From Verrucomicrobiota bacterium (GTDB lineage: Bacteria; Verrucomicrobiota; Verrucomicrobiia; Verrucomicrobiales; Akkermansiaceae): a DNA stretch of 64,000 bases. Location of the stretch: contig JAZKEY010000004.1 of the NCBI GenBank assembly GCA_040386755.1, positions 263,137-327,136 on the forward strand, in the 5' to 3' direction. The position numbers and the translations under genes were made by a program. Below, one piece after another: positions 9,305 through 18,591 of the stretch; position 1 is the first letter of the stretch, and each line of letters opens with the position of its first letter. A model generated the notes under the pieces. That model was not told the DNA's origin and did not search any database. It saw only the letters and a program-made list of their open reading frames with translations.

Positions 9305-11026
9305 TTACTCACCGGCTTTCCCAAGCTCCTTCACCTTCGCCCGCGTCGTCGCCGGGAGGGTCTTCATCCACCGCTCCGCCGCCTCCGGATCATACAGCGA
9401 CCAGACGCTTTGCAGGTTCTTCGCGGCATATAGCTTCGCCTCGCTGTCGGGCAGGGACCGGATCCAGTCCCCCGCCTTTTCCGGGTTCTGCTTTCCAAGC
9501 TCCGCCACGTAGTCGGAGGTGAACTCGATGATTCGCGAAGGACCATCCGGGTCGCCCGAAACCGGCGCGTCCGCAGGATGGGCCACGAGGTAGGCCAGCG
9601 CCTCGCCTTTGAGTGGAAAATCCCCGTTGACCCCGGCGGCTCCGATGAATTGGGCCAGAGTTTTCTTCCGGGCATCCGGCAGCGAATGAAACCCGGCGAC
9701 CAGAGCGGCGGCCTTCTCCGGCTCCCAACCCTGCACCATCTGGAGGTATTCCCAGGAATCCTGACTCTGAGGATCAAGCGCTGCCGCGGTGGCCAGCCAC
9801 TCGGCGGGGTGTGGGATCGGTTTGATCTCCGCTTCCGGGCCGAATGGATCCGACTGAAGCGCCTTGCGGGCGATTTCCCGCTCCTCTTCCGAGCCGAGCA
9901 GCGCGAGCAGGGCCTCGGCTTTCTCGGGCTTGCCTTGCAGACTCTCGAAAATGGAGGCAAGTATGCGCGTTTTCTCATCCGGGAGCAAATCGAGCTCCGC
10001 CCACACTTGGAACGCGGCATCCGGATCGTCGTATTTAAGTCGCGACACTGCTAGAGTGCGGATCTTCCCGGCTTGCTCCGCCGTGAACCCCGCTCCTTCA
10101 AGATCCGCCGCCGCCCACTTCGCCGCGTCCACCCTGCCAATAAACGTAAAGGGGGTGGAAGCGATCTCGTCCCGCCATGAGGGCGGGAGATTCGCCAACT
10201 CATCGATCAGCTTTCCCCCAAGTTCCCCCGACCGGAGGAAAATGCTCCGCAACGTGTCAAAGCCGTCCGGACGATCCCAAAGTTTCCGCAGCTCGGTGGC
10301 GAAGGAGTCCTCCATTCTCCGGGCGATCAGGGATTTCTCCGCTTCGGATTTCAGCGCACTCGGCAGGGTGTCGAGGATCGCTCCGAGCGCGGCGGGCGCT
10401 TGTTTGGCGAGCTCCGCCAGCACATCCCCCGCATCGTCGCTGTTGGAAATCCCGGCGGCGGCCATTTCCTGGAAGCGCCGGAGGGCGAGTTCGGGGTGCT
10501 TCACGGCGATTTTCCCGAGGACAGCAAGTTCCATCGAGTCGCCGGGGTGGCTCTTGAAGAAGTCGAGCGCGCGCTGGGGCTCGGTTTCCGCCCAGCCGGA
10601 GAGCACGGAATCGGCGTCGGTGGATTTATTTTTCCGGCACCAAAGGAGATGACCTTCCGGGTCTTCCTGCCGCCAGCGTTCCATCAGGATTCCGGTGAAG
10701 ACGGTGGACTCCATGCCGCCGTCCAGGTTGAACCAACCGCCGTCCAGCCAGGTGGCGAACTGGGCGGACGGCAGGGTGCTGGCAAGATCGATGGTGGCCC
10801 GCAGCCGCTCCGCCGGGTCGGTGGAGGCGCGGATGGCGGCGAGGCGTTGCGCGGCCTCGCCGGCAGGACCGGGACGCACCCTCACCGGTCGCTCCGTGCG
10901 GGATGAGCGAGTGGCCGCAGGCGGCGGAACGGCGGGTGGTTCTCCGGAATTTCCACCGAGATTCCAGCCAGCGACGGCCATGCCGAGGAAGCAGAGTGCG
11001 AGAAGCGAAATGTGGGATTTGGACAT
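9305..11026 (-). CDS. Hypothetical membrane-anchored helical-repeat protein, family A copy 1
   Basis: 573-aa ORF; N-terminal hydrophobic anchor MAVAGWNLGG; paralogous to 12873-14591 (DPAERLRATIDLA vs DPAGRLRATIALA; WLDGGWF vs WLGGGWF). Confidence 0.8.
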   Translation of the reverse strand: MSKSHISLLALCFLGMAVAGWNLGGNSGEPPAVPPPAATRSSRTERPVRVRPGPAGEAAQRLAAIRASTDPAERLRATIDLASTLPSAQFATWLDGGWFNLDGGMESTVFTGILMERWRQEDPEGHLLWCRKNKSTDADSVLSGWAETEPQRALDFFKSHPGDSMELAVLGKIAVKHPELALRRFQEMAAAGISNSDDAGDVLAELAKQAPAALGAILDTLPSALKSEAEKSLIARRMEDSFATELRKLWDRPDGFDTLRSIFLRSGELGGKLIDELANLPPSWRDEIASTPFTFIGRVDAAKWAAADLEGAGFTAEQAGKIRTLAVSRLKYDDPDAAFQVWAELDLLPDEKTRILASIFESLQGKPEKAEALLALLGSEEEREIARKALQSDPFGPEAEIKPIPHPAEWLATAAALDPQSQDSWEYLQMVQGWEPEKAAALVAGFHSLPDARKKTLAQFIGAAGVNGDFPLKGEALAYLVAHPADAPVSGDPDGPSRIIEFTSDYVAELGKQNPEKAGDWIRSLPDSEAKLYAAKNLQSVWSLYDPEAAERWMKTLPATTRAKVKELGKAGE

Positions 11027-11052
11027 CGGGTGGAGGCGTCAGGATTCCCCGG

Positions 11053-11172
11053 CTTGGACTGCGTGCAGCCTGCTGCCGCTTTGGGTAACGCAGCCTGCTG
11101 CGGCCCGGCTTTTGCGGATACTCCGCCAGCAGGCTGGCGGAGAAAAGCGGCAGCGAGCTACCGCAGTCCAAG
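11053..11172. repeat. REP/MITE-like nested palindrome
   Basis: CTTGGACTGCG (11053-63)/CGCAGTCCAAG (11162-72); GCTGCCGCTTT (11072-82)/AAAGCGGCAGC (11144-54); inner CTCCGCCAGC (11121-30)/GCTGGCGGAG (11133-42). Confidence 0.75.
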
Positions 11173-11193
11173 GTGCGATGCACGGAGAAGGAT

Positions 11194-12756
11194 TCATCGC
11201 GGGCGGTCGAGGAGAGTTTGGATGATGGCCTTGCGCTCAGGCGGGAGGTCGGCGTTCTCCAACCAACGGGCCGGGGCTTCGGGGTCCTGCCGCAGCCACC
11301 TCGACAGGACACCGTCGAGGTCAGCCGTCTGGCGGAGGTCCATGCTGGCCGCCCACTCCGCGGCCTCCTGATAGTGGCTGGATTCCCTGAGGGCGCTGAC
11401 GATGCGGGAAACACCGCTTTGCCGGATGGCGGTGTCGGTCTGCTGGTTCACCCAGTCCGTGTAGCCGACGAGATCCTGCTGCACCCATTGGCGGGAATAG
11501 GAATCGAGCTGATCCTTTGCCAACTCCGGTGGGAGTGCGGCGATCATTTCCATGACCTGCTGCGGCTGCCGGACCATCAGGGAATTCATGAACTCGAGGA
11601 CGCCGGGAATTGCGAAGGACGGATGGGAGGTGCGATCCGGATACTCGATGGGGGCGCTCAGGTCCAACGCGCCGGGGCAGACGGTGAGGAGGGCTTGTGC
11701 GAACTGGAGGGCCTGCGCGGGATCGGTATGGACGAGGCTTTGGCCGATGGCGGCGTAGCGCTCGGCGGCGGTGCGCGGGACGGTGGTGGCTTTCGCCTGC
11801 TCCAGCGCGGCAGCGGGGTCGGTCTTGAGGAGATGGGCGAAGAGGGCGGATTCCATTTTCAACTTATCCTCCCCGGAAGGTGTCCGCTCGGCAATGCGGG
11901 CCAGTTCGTCCGGCGACTCTTCGGCGAGGGCCTGGATGATGGTCAATAGCGTTTCGTTTTCCTCACTGAAGGGATCACCACCGCTGTTGGGATTCTGCCG
12001 GGCCCACTCGACGGCGGCCCACGGGTCTTCGCGGGCGAAGGCATTGAGGGTGCCGGGATGGATATCGGAACCTTGCTGTTGGAGGAACTTGAGGGTTTCG
12101 AGGGGATTTTTCCCGCCGTCTTCGTTCAGGGAGCGGATGGCGGAGTGCTGGGCGCCGGTGGGGATTTCGTCGAAGTGTTTCAGCAGCCAGTCGGGTTGGA
12201 ATTTGCCGATGCCCTCGGCGACGCAATCCACGGACCCCGGACCGTCGGCAATGGCGGCGGCGAGGGCGGCTTGCGGATCATGGCAGGCCCAGGCCCACCA
12301 GGCGTTGGGCCGGGAATGGATTCCCTGAGTGCTGTCGATGGCGTGCTGCGGATCGAGGCGCGTCCAGTGGAGGAAGAGGAGGTTGGAGATTTCGGGGGTC
12401 CAATCTTCTTTTTTCGAATAACAGCCGCTCCAGAACGCGGCGATGTCCGGCTCGCTGGCGTCCACCAGCCAGAGGGCGAGGCGGGCGTAGAGATTGGCAT
12501 CGTCCAAGGCGGCGAGGGTTTCCAAGGTGTCGGTGGAATGGCGCGGCGGGAAGGCGGCGGCGGGAGGCGGGAGTTCTGCCGTGGGTTTTTCGGAGGCGGA
12601 GCGGGTTGAGTGGGAAATGTCTGGAGACGCCGGAGCGCGCGCGGTGGACCGCCTGACGGCAAGGCCGGTGCACAAGCCCGCCGCGGCGACGAGGATGAGG
12701 AGGTGGTGGAATTTCGGGTTCAACGGGGAGCGGCTGGGCGGAGTGGTTTTAATCAA
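11194..12756 (-). CDS. Hypothetical membrane-anchored helical-repeat protein, family B copy 1
   Basis: 520-aa ORF; N-terminal TM; paralogous to 14588-16066 (RLALWLVDASEPDIAAFW vs RLAMWLVDASEQDIAAYW; WWAWACHDP in both); start codon uncertain. Confidence 0.8.
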   Translation of the reverse strand: MIKTTPPSRSPLNPKFHHLLILVAAAGLCTGLAVRRSTARAPASPDISHSTRSASEKPTAELPPPAAAFPPRHSTDTLETLAALDDANLYARLALWLVDASEPDIAAFWSGCYSKKEDWTPEISNLLFLHWTRLDPQHAIDSTQGIHSRPNAWWAWACHDPQAALAAAIADGPGSVDCVAEGIGKFQPDWLLKHFDEIPTGAQHSAIRSLNEDGGKNPLETLKFLQQQGSDIHPGTLNAFAREDPWAAVEWARQNPNSGGDPFSEENETLLTIIQALAEESPDELARIAERTPSGEDKLKMESALFAHLLKTDPAAALEQAKATTVPRTAAERYAAIGQSLVHTDPAQALQFAQALLTVCPGALDLSAPIEYPDRTSHPSFAIPGVLEFMNSLMVRQPQQVMEMIAALPPELAKDQLDSYSRQWVQQDLVGYTDWVNQQTDTAIRQSGVSRIVSALRESSHYQEAAEWAASMDLRQTADLDGVLSRWLRQDPEAPARWLENADLPPERKAIIQTLLDRPR

Positions 12757-12760
12757 GGAG

Positions 12761-12869
12761 AGGCGGACTCCGATCCGCCTGGGTCAATGAGATGAGGTTA
12801 CCCGTGATTCATTGGCTTGGGCGATTCGGAGATCGCCCTTCCTTGTTAGCAGGGACGAGGCGTCCCTGC
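12761..12869. repeat. Three short intergenic hairpins, one REP-like
   Basis: AGGCGGA/TCCGCCT (12761-80), GGGCGAT/ATCGCCC (12819-38), GCAGGGACG-AGG-CGTCCCTGC (12849-69, same GCAGGGAC core as 9107). Confidence 0.55.
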
Positions 12870-12872
12870 CCC

Positions 12873-14591
12873 CTATTTTTTCGTGATCTTTCGGACCTCG
12901 GCTTGGGTAGCGGGCGGGAGGGTCTTGAACCATTGGTCGGCGGCCTTGGGGTCGTAACCGGACCAGAGGGAATGGAGGTTCGCCTGGGCCCAGAGCTTGG
13001 GCTCGCCATCGGGGAGGGTCTGGATCCAGTCGCGGGCGGTTTCGGGTTCGTCGATGGCAAGCTTGGCAATGTAGTTCGACGTTTTTCCGACCAAAGGGGT
13101 CGGGGTGCCGGGCACCGCCTCGGCCGGGTGGGTGAGCAGGTAGCGGAGGGCCTCGCCGACGAGGGGTGGCTGAGATTCCATGGCGGAGACGCTGCCGGTG
13201 ATGGCTCGGGCGACTCGTTGTTTCTGGTCGTCCGGCAGGGTTTGGAATTGGTCACCGATCATGGCGAGCTGTTCCGAATTCCAACTTCTCAGCAGCCATG
13301 CGTAATCGGAATGGGACCCGGGGTCGATGGTGGTGAACTTGGCCAGCCACTGCTCGGGAGTTTCGACGGAATCGGCGGCATCGCTGTCGTTCTTTTCCTC
13401 CATGCTTTCCAGGATGCTCGCGGCAGCGTTGCGATCTTCCTCCGTCGTCAAAAGGGCGATGAGATCCGCGGTTTTATCCGGCCAAGCGGCGAGCGCGTTG
13501 GCGATGGTCTCCCACCGGTCGTCCGAAATTTCCTGCTCCGATTCGGGGCGACGAATTTCCAATCCCGCCAGCCGCTGGAGGGCGAGTTCCGGGTTTTTAT
13601 GGGCGATTTCCCGCAAGGCCCGGGTCTGGAGATGATTTGCTTCGGACTTGGAGAAGCCAACGGCGATGAGGTCGATGTTCCACCATTTTTCCGCGCTTTC
13701 GGCGTCGCTGTAGCCGCCCGCATGAGCAACGATCCGTTTGAGCCATTCGGGCGGAAGAGCGGTGAGATCGTCCAAAATGGCCGCATGCATTCCATCCACT
13801 TGGGAGGCGATTTCCTCGTAAATCTCGAAGCCGTCGGGCCGGGACCAGAGTTTCCGAAACTCGCCGGCGTAGTCATTCTTGAAATTCACGAAGAGCAGCA
13901 ACCTCTCCACCTGGGTCCTCATGGAACCCTTGAAGGAATCCAGCGCGGCTTCGAGAGCGGCGGGCGATTTCTCGGCCAAGGTCTCGAAAAGGTCGGAATT
14001 GAAGAGACGGTCACCCTTCATTTCCAACAGGCACTGGAGCGCGAGGTCCGGATGGGTCTTGGCGAGGTCGGCCAGCGCGGCGAGTTGGGCGGAGTTGTCC
14101 GGGTGGCGTTTGAAGAAATCGAGGAACTGCTGCGGCTGGCTTGCCGCCCACGATGCCAGTGTGGCGGGCACGCGGCGAGACTCGTTTTTGATGCTCCAGA
14201 GGAAGAAGCCTTCCGGGTCTTCCCGCCACCAGCGCTCGCGGAGGATATTGGAGAAAAGCGTGAACTCCGCGCCGTTCCGCAGGGAGAACCAGCCGCCGCC
14301 CAGCCACTTACCGAACTCGGAAACCGGGAGAGCATTGGCAAGGGCGATGGTGGCGCGCAGCCGCCCGGCGGGATCGGCGGCATTGCGGATGGTGGCGAGT
14401 CTCGCGTGGGCGAGATTGCTTGGGCTGGTAGGCCGGGATGGGCGCTGCCGGGAGGAACGAGTGGCGTGGGGACCGTCCGTGGATTTCCCGGAATCCCTTT
14501 CCGAAGATTCGCCAGCGAGAATCCAGCCGAGCACGGCCATGGCCAGGAATCCGGCGGCTCCGGGGACGATGTGGTTAGGGGGAAATTTCAT
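12873..14591 (-). CDS. Hypothetical membrane-anchored helical-repeat protein, family A copy 2
   Basis: Likely start ATG 14591 (MKFPPNHIV...MAVLGWILAG) overlapping the upstream stop as ATGA; ORF track extends to 14879. Confidence 0.8.
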   Translation of the reverse strand: MKFPPNHIVPGAAGFLAMAVLGWILAGESSERDSGKSTDGPHATRSSRQRPSRPTSPSNLAHARLATIRNAADPAGRLRATIALANALPVSEFGKWLGGGWFSLRNGAEFTLFSNILRERWWREDPEGFFLWSIKNESRRVPATLASWAASQPQQFLDFFKRHPDNSAQLAALADLAKTHPDLALQCLLEMKGDRLFNSDLFETLAEKSPAALEAALDSFKGSMRTQVERLLLFVNFKNDYAGEFRKLWSRPDGFEIYEEIASQVDGMHAAILDDLTALPPEWLKRIVAHAGGYSDAESAEKWWNIDLIAVGFSKSEANHLQTRALREIAHKNPELALQRLAGLEIRRPESEQEISDDRWETIANALAAWPDKTADLIALLTTEEDRNAAASILESMEEKNDSDAADSVETPEQWLAKFTTIDPGSHSDYAWLLRSWNSEQLAMIGDQFQTLPDDQKQRVARAITGSVSAMESQPPLVGEALRYLLTHPAEAVPGTPTPLVGKTSNYIAKLAIDEPETARDWIQTLPDGEPKLWAQANLHSLWSGYDPKAADQWFKTLPPATQAEVRKITKK

Positions 14592-16066
14592 TGGCGGAGG
14601 AGGTTCCTGATGTTCTGCTTCTTCTCTTCCGGAAGATTGGCGGCTTCCAGCCATTCGCGGGGTTCCGCCGGGTTGATCTGTCCCCACTGATAGAGCATCG
14701 TGCCGAGGTCGTGTGAGCCGGTGGCCACGGTCAGAGTCATGATCCACTCGACGGCATCCCGATATTGATGGTCCCGTTGCAACTGCCCGATGAGTTTGTT
14801 GGCAGCGTCGTCGTGGATGGAGGGATCGGTTTGGCGTTTGGCCCACTCCGCGTAGGCCGCCACATCGCGTTCCAGCCATTGCTCGCTGAGTTCGTCAAAT
14901 GCGTAATCCCGATCCGAGGTGGCGGTGATCGTGTCCATGAGTCTAACCGGATTCTCCGTTAGCAAGGCATTCAACAGCTCGCGGACTCCCCGGTTCCCGG
15001 TGCTCCAACCTCCACGGCTGCCCGGAACTTGGAACGAATGCGGCGTCATCAGGGCATCCGGGCAGGCGGTGAAGAGATCCTTCGTCAGTTCAAATGCTCT
15101 GGCGGGATCGGTTTTCACGAGGGCGAGACCGACGGCGGCGAAGCGTTCGGCGGCGATCCTCGGCGCATCGGCGGCCTTGGCTTGGGCGATGGCCGCCTCG
15201 GGATCGGTCTTGATGAGGTTGGCGAAAAGGGCGGCTTCCATCTTCCGCTTGATCTCGCCGGAGGGGGATTGCGCGGCAAGGCGGGCGAGTTCGTCCGGGC
15301 GTTCTTCGGCCAGCTGTGCGATGAGCGGGTCCATGCCGGATCGGTTTTTCTTCGCCCACTCCAAAGCGGCCCATGGGTCCTTGCTGACGAAGGCGCGGAA
15401 CGTCGGGAGATCGAGTCCCATCCCGTGTTCCTTGGAGAATTCGAGCATTTCCAAGGGATTTCCCGCGTCGCCCCATTGCGCCAATGCGGAGAGCGCCTCC
15501 TGCCTCGCCTCCTCGGGGATTTTATCGAAATGCGCGCGCAGCCATGCGGGATGAAATTCGCCGAGGCCGCGGGCTACATGGATCACCAGCTCCGGACCGG
15601 CGGTTAGAGCGGCGGCGAGAGAGCCTTGCGGGTCATGGCAAGCCCACGCCCACCACGCGAAATCCTCGTCTTCGGTTCCGGCGGTGGCGTCGATGGCTCC
15701 TTGCGGATTCAGGCGGGTCCAGTTGAGGAAAACCAGGCCGGTGCTTTCGTTGTCCCGTTTTCCTTTCGAATAGATCGCCCAGTAGGCGGCGATGTCCTGC
15801 TCGCTGGCGTCCACCAGCCACATGGCGAGGCGCGAGTAGCGCTCACTGTTAGGCAGCGCGGCAAGGGTTTCCACCGTGTCGGTGGAGCGGGGCATTTCCG
15901 GAACGGCGGCGACCGGCGCGGGGGCTTCCGCCCGGCCGGTGGATTCACCTGCCACCGGGGCCGGGGAAACGGTTGGGACGGCGATGGATCGCCTGGCAAC
16001 AAGGCCAACCGGCAAGCCGGCGACACACAGCCCGATGACGATGAGAGAGATGGGTTTTCGCTTCAC
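14588..16066 (-). CDS. Hypothetical membrane-anchored helical-repeat protein, family B copy 2
   Basis: 492-aa ORF, MKRKPISLIVIGLCVAG anchor, motifs shared with 11194-12756. Confidence 0.8.
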   Translation of the reverse strand: MKRKPISLIVIGLCVAGLPVGLVARRSIAVPTVSPAPVAGESTGRAEAPAPVAAVPEMPRSTDTVETLAALPNSERYSRLAMWLVDASEQDIAAYWAIYSKGKRDNESTGLVFLNWTRLNPQGAIDATAGTEDEDFAWWAWACHDPQGSLAAALTAGPELVIHVARGLGEFHPAWLRAHFDKIPEEARQEALSALAQWGDAGNPLEMLEFSKEHGMGLDLPTFRAFVSKDPWAALEWAKKNRSGMDPLIAQLAEERPDELARLAAQSPSGEIKRKMEAALFANLIKTDPEAAIAQAKAADAPRIAAERFAAVGLALVKTDPARAFELTKDLFTACPDALMTPHSFQVPGSRGGWSTGNRGVRELLNALLTENPVRLMDTITATSDRDYAFDELSEQWLERDVAAYAEWAKRQTDPSIHDDAANKLIGQLQRDHQYRDAVEWIMTLTVATGSHDLGTMLYQWGQINPAEPREWLEAANLPEEKKQNIRNLLRQ

Positions 16067-16145
16067 GGAAAATTGTTAGCTGATCGGATTTCCTACAGGG
16101 GATTTCCGATGGAGACGAACAAAATCGCCGATAAGAAAGAACCGC

Positions 16146-17138
16146 TTAATCCTGATTCGCCTCCAGCTCCGCCACCGTCACGCGGTCGCTTTTCTTCAGG
16201 AAAAACAACGCGCCGAGACCGGCCCAGAAGACATTGCAGGCGAAGCCCGCGAGCGAGGCGGCGATGGCGGTTTCCGGCGGCACTCCGGCCAGATCCTTCA
16301 TCAGCACCTCGAACAATTTCTCCCGCACGCCGACGCCCGCGATGGAGATGGGCAAGGCGCTGATAGAGTCGATGACCGGCATCGCGGAAACCACCGCGCC
16401 GTAGCCCGCCGTGCCGCCGACGGCGCGCATGCCGCAGTAGTAGGAAGAGAAATACGCGAACAGCATGACAAACGAAACGGCCAGACCACCGAGCGCGAAC
16501 CGCCAGTTTTTCCGATAGACATCATACAGCTCGGGAATTTTCCGCATGATCGGAAACCGCGCGAACCGGTCGTTGCCATGAATCCGCCGGTGCACCGGCG
16601 GCGAGGCGCAGACGAAGATCATCGCCACCATCGCAAGTCCGCCGCCCAGATAGAACCAGGCAAAATGGATCACGCCGCGGCCGAGGATGCTCTGGTCCAC
16701 GATGGCATCGAACCTCGCGACCGAGATGATGAAAAATAACAGCGCCAGCGAAACCAGCCCCGCCAGATGATCCGCCATCACCGCCATCGCGATGACCAGC
16801 TTCTTCCCCGGCAGGTCGCGCATGAGCAGGAGGATGCGCGCGGCATCGCCACCGAGCCCGCTAACAGAAGCGAGGTTGAACAGGCTGTCGATCATCGTCA
16901 GCTCGACGGCGCGCCCGAGTTTCACCGGCAGCGATTGGCCGCGCAGGAACAACCACCAGCGCAGCGCGTGCAGCACGATGGAAGCACCCGCCAACGCCGC
17001 GCCACCGGCGAGCCAGCGGTAGTCAATGGCACCGGGGCGGGTGAAGATCGAGCGGTCGAACTTCACTTGAGAGAACGCCCACCACAGGCAGAGTCCGGTA
17101 AGAGCCAGCTTGAGGAGGAAAATCAGGAACGCCTTCAT
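16146..17138 (-). CDS. Lysylphosphatidylglycerol synthase TM-domain (UPF0104, flippase-like) membrane protein
   Basis: Multi-TM; ALRWWLFL, GLGGDAARI, LPISIAGVGVRE. Confidence 0.8.
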   Translation of the reverse strand: MKAFLIFLLKLALTGLCLWWAFSQVKFDRSIFTRPGAIDYRWLAGGAALAGASIVLHALRWWLFLRGQSLPVKLGRAVELTMIDSLFNLASVSGLGGDAARILLLMRDLPGKKLVIAMAVMADHLAGLVSLALLFFIISVARFDAIVDQSILGRGVIHFAWFYLGGGLAMVAMIFVCASPPVHRRIHGNDRFARFPIMRKIPELYDVYRKNWRFALGGLAVSFVMLFAYFSSYYCGMRAVGGTAGYGAVVSAMPVIDSISALPISIAGVGVREKLFEVLMKDLAGVPPETAIAASLAGFACNVFWAGLGALFFLKKSDRVTVAELEANQD

Positions 17139-17159
17139 GCCAGCTGATAGAAAGCCGGC

Positions 17160-17417
17160 CTAGGCGGATTTCTCAATCTCGCGGGCGATCGATTCCACGT
17201 TTTCGAGGATGGCTTTCGCGGCGTCCGAGTTGCCGATCTTCAAGCCGAAATGTTTTTCCAAACCGACGACGAGCTGTAGAGCGTCCACCGAATCGAGGCC
17301 GAGCCCGCCGGCACCGAAGATCGGAACGGTGTCGCTGATTTCCGACGGGGATTGCTCCAGCATGAGCTCGTCCACCATCACTTCCTTGATCTTCTGTCGT
17401 AGTTCCGCGCCTTGCAT
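17160..17417 (-). CDS. Acyl carrier protein
   Basis: Acidic 85-aa protein, GLGLDSVDALQLV phosphopantetheine site; likely start ATG 17417 (ORF track 17444). Confidence 0.9.
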   Translation of the reverse strand: MQGAELRQKIKEVMVDELMLEQSPSEISDTVPIFGAGGLGLDSVDALQLVVGLEKHFGLKIGNSDAAKAILENVESIAREIEKSA

Positions 17418-17427
17418 GATAATTGAG

Positions 17428-18153
17428 TTAGAAAATTCCGCCATCGATCTTCAGCGCGGCTCCGGTGATGTAGGCCGCGTCGGCACTTGCTAGAAAAAAC
17501 ACCGCGGCGGCGACTTCCTCCGGTTTGCCGAAGCGGCGCATCGGGATGCCGCGTTTCGCGTTTTTCCTCGCCTCCTCGTCCATCCCGCCGAGCGCGTCGG
17601 TTTCGATGAACCCGGGGAGGATGGAATTCACGGTAATGCCGGATCTAGCGACTTCCTTCGCCAGTGTCTGGCCTAACGAAACCACACCGGCTTTGGCCGC
17701 GGCGTAATTGGTCTGGCCTAACGGCGGCAGCAGGGCGCTGAGCGAGGCGATGTTGATGATGCGTCCGGAGCGCTGGCGCATCATCGGCGTGACCACCGCG
17801 CGGCAACCGTGGAAGACCGCGTCGAGATTGGCGGCGATGACCGAGTGCCACGCGTCGTCCGGCATCGCGGCGAGTAGGCAATCGCGGTGCATGCCGGCGT
17901 TGTTGATGAGCACGTCGAGGCGGCCGTCGGTCTCGAGGATTTTCCCAACCGCCGCTTTCCACGCATCCGGGCTGGTGACCTCGAGATCGATCAGGAAACA
18001 GCGCCCGGGAAATTCACGGGCGAGGGATTCCGCCAGACCGCGGTTGGCCCGGACCCCGAGCCAGACCCGCGCTTCGGGATCATGATCGAGGAAATACCGG
18101 GCGATCCCCAGACCGAGCCCGCCATTTCCACCAGTGACCAAAACCGAACGCAC
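17428..18153 (-). CDS. fabG: 3-oxoacyl-ACP reductase-like SDR
   Basis: TGGNGGLG, NNAG, NYAAAK (YxxxK), PGFIET, IDGG. Confidence 0.8.
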   Translation of the reverse strand: MRSVLVTGGNGGLGLGIARYFLDHDPEARVWLGVRANRGLAESLAREFPGRCFLIDLEVTSPDAWKAAVGKILETDGRLDVLINNAGMHRDCLLAAMPDDAWHSVIAANLDAVFHGCRAVVTPMMRQRSGRIINIASLSALLPPLGQTNYAAAKAGVVSLGQTLAKEVARSGITVNSILPGFIETDALGGMDEEARKNAKRGIPMRRFGKPEEVAAAVFFLASADAAYITGAALKIDGGIF

Positions 18154-18321
18154 GGCGCAAGCATCACCGCCGCGCCAACCAGGGTCAATTTCAATACAAG
18201 CGCTCGAAATCTTCGGTCATCCGTGCTGACGGATTCGCGTTCGCGAGCAGCCGACAAGCCTCCATAGCGCCCCCCCCCCATTTATGGGGGTATTGGTGGC
18301 ATAAAATCGCACGGCCGCCAC

Positions 18322-18349
18322 TTGAAAAAACCCATAAATACCTGATAAT
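18322..18349 (+). promoter_or_regulatory. Candidate sigma70 promoter for the large surface protein
   Basis: TTGAAA (18322-27), 16 nt, GATAAT (18344-49) in an AT-rich intergenic tract. Confidence 0.3.
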
Positions 18350-18591
18350 GAGAAATTAACAGATTTTTATATTTTTGGAATTGTCGCAAATCTACACATC
18401 GCGGGCGCATTGATACAAGTCGATCACAGGTTCGGAGCTAAAGTCTCAGGGATTCCGGTCGTGATCCGATTCGGAACACCAACGTTCAAAAACCCAATCA
18501 GGAACCGAGCTCGAACCCATCGAGTCCCTGTTCCCGTGAGTGCGAGCTCAGCGTGCCTGAATCAACCCAACCCAACCGCAACCCATCGATT

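Noticed and set aside
12792-14690. 632-aa plus-strand ORF
   Set aside because: Antisense to family A copy 2, whose paralogy supports the minus strand
18297-18311. Sigma54 promoter upstream of the large surface protein (TGGCATAAAATCGCA)
   Set aside because: GG-to-GC spacing is 9 nt, not the required 10
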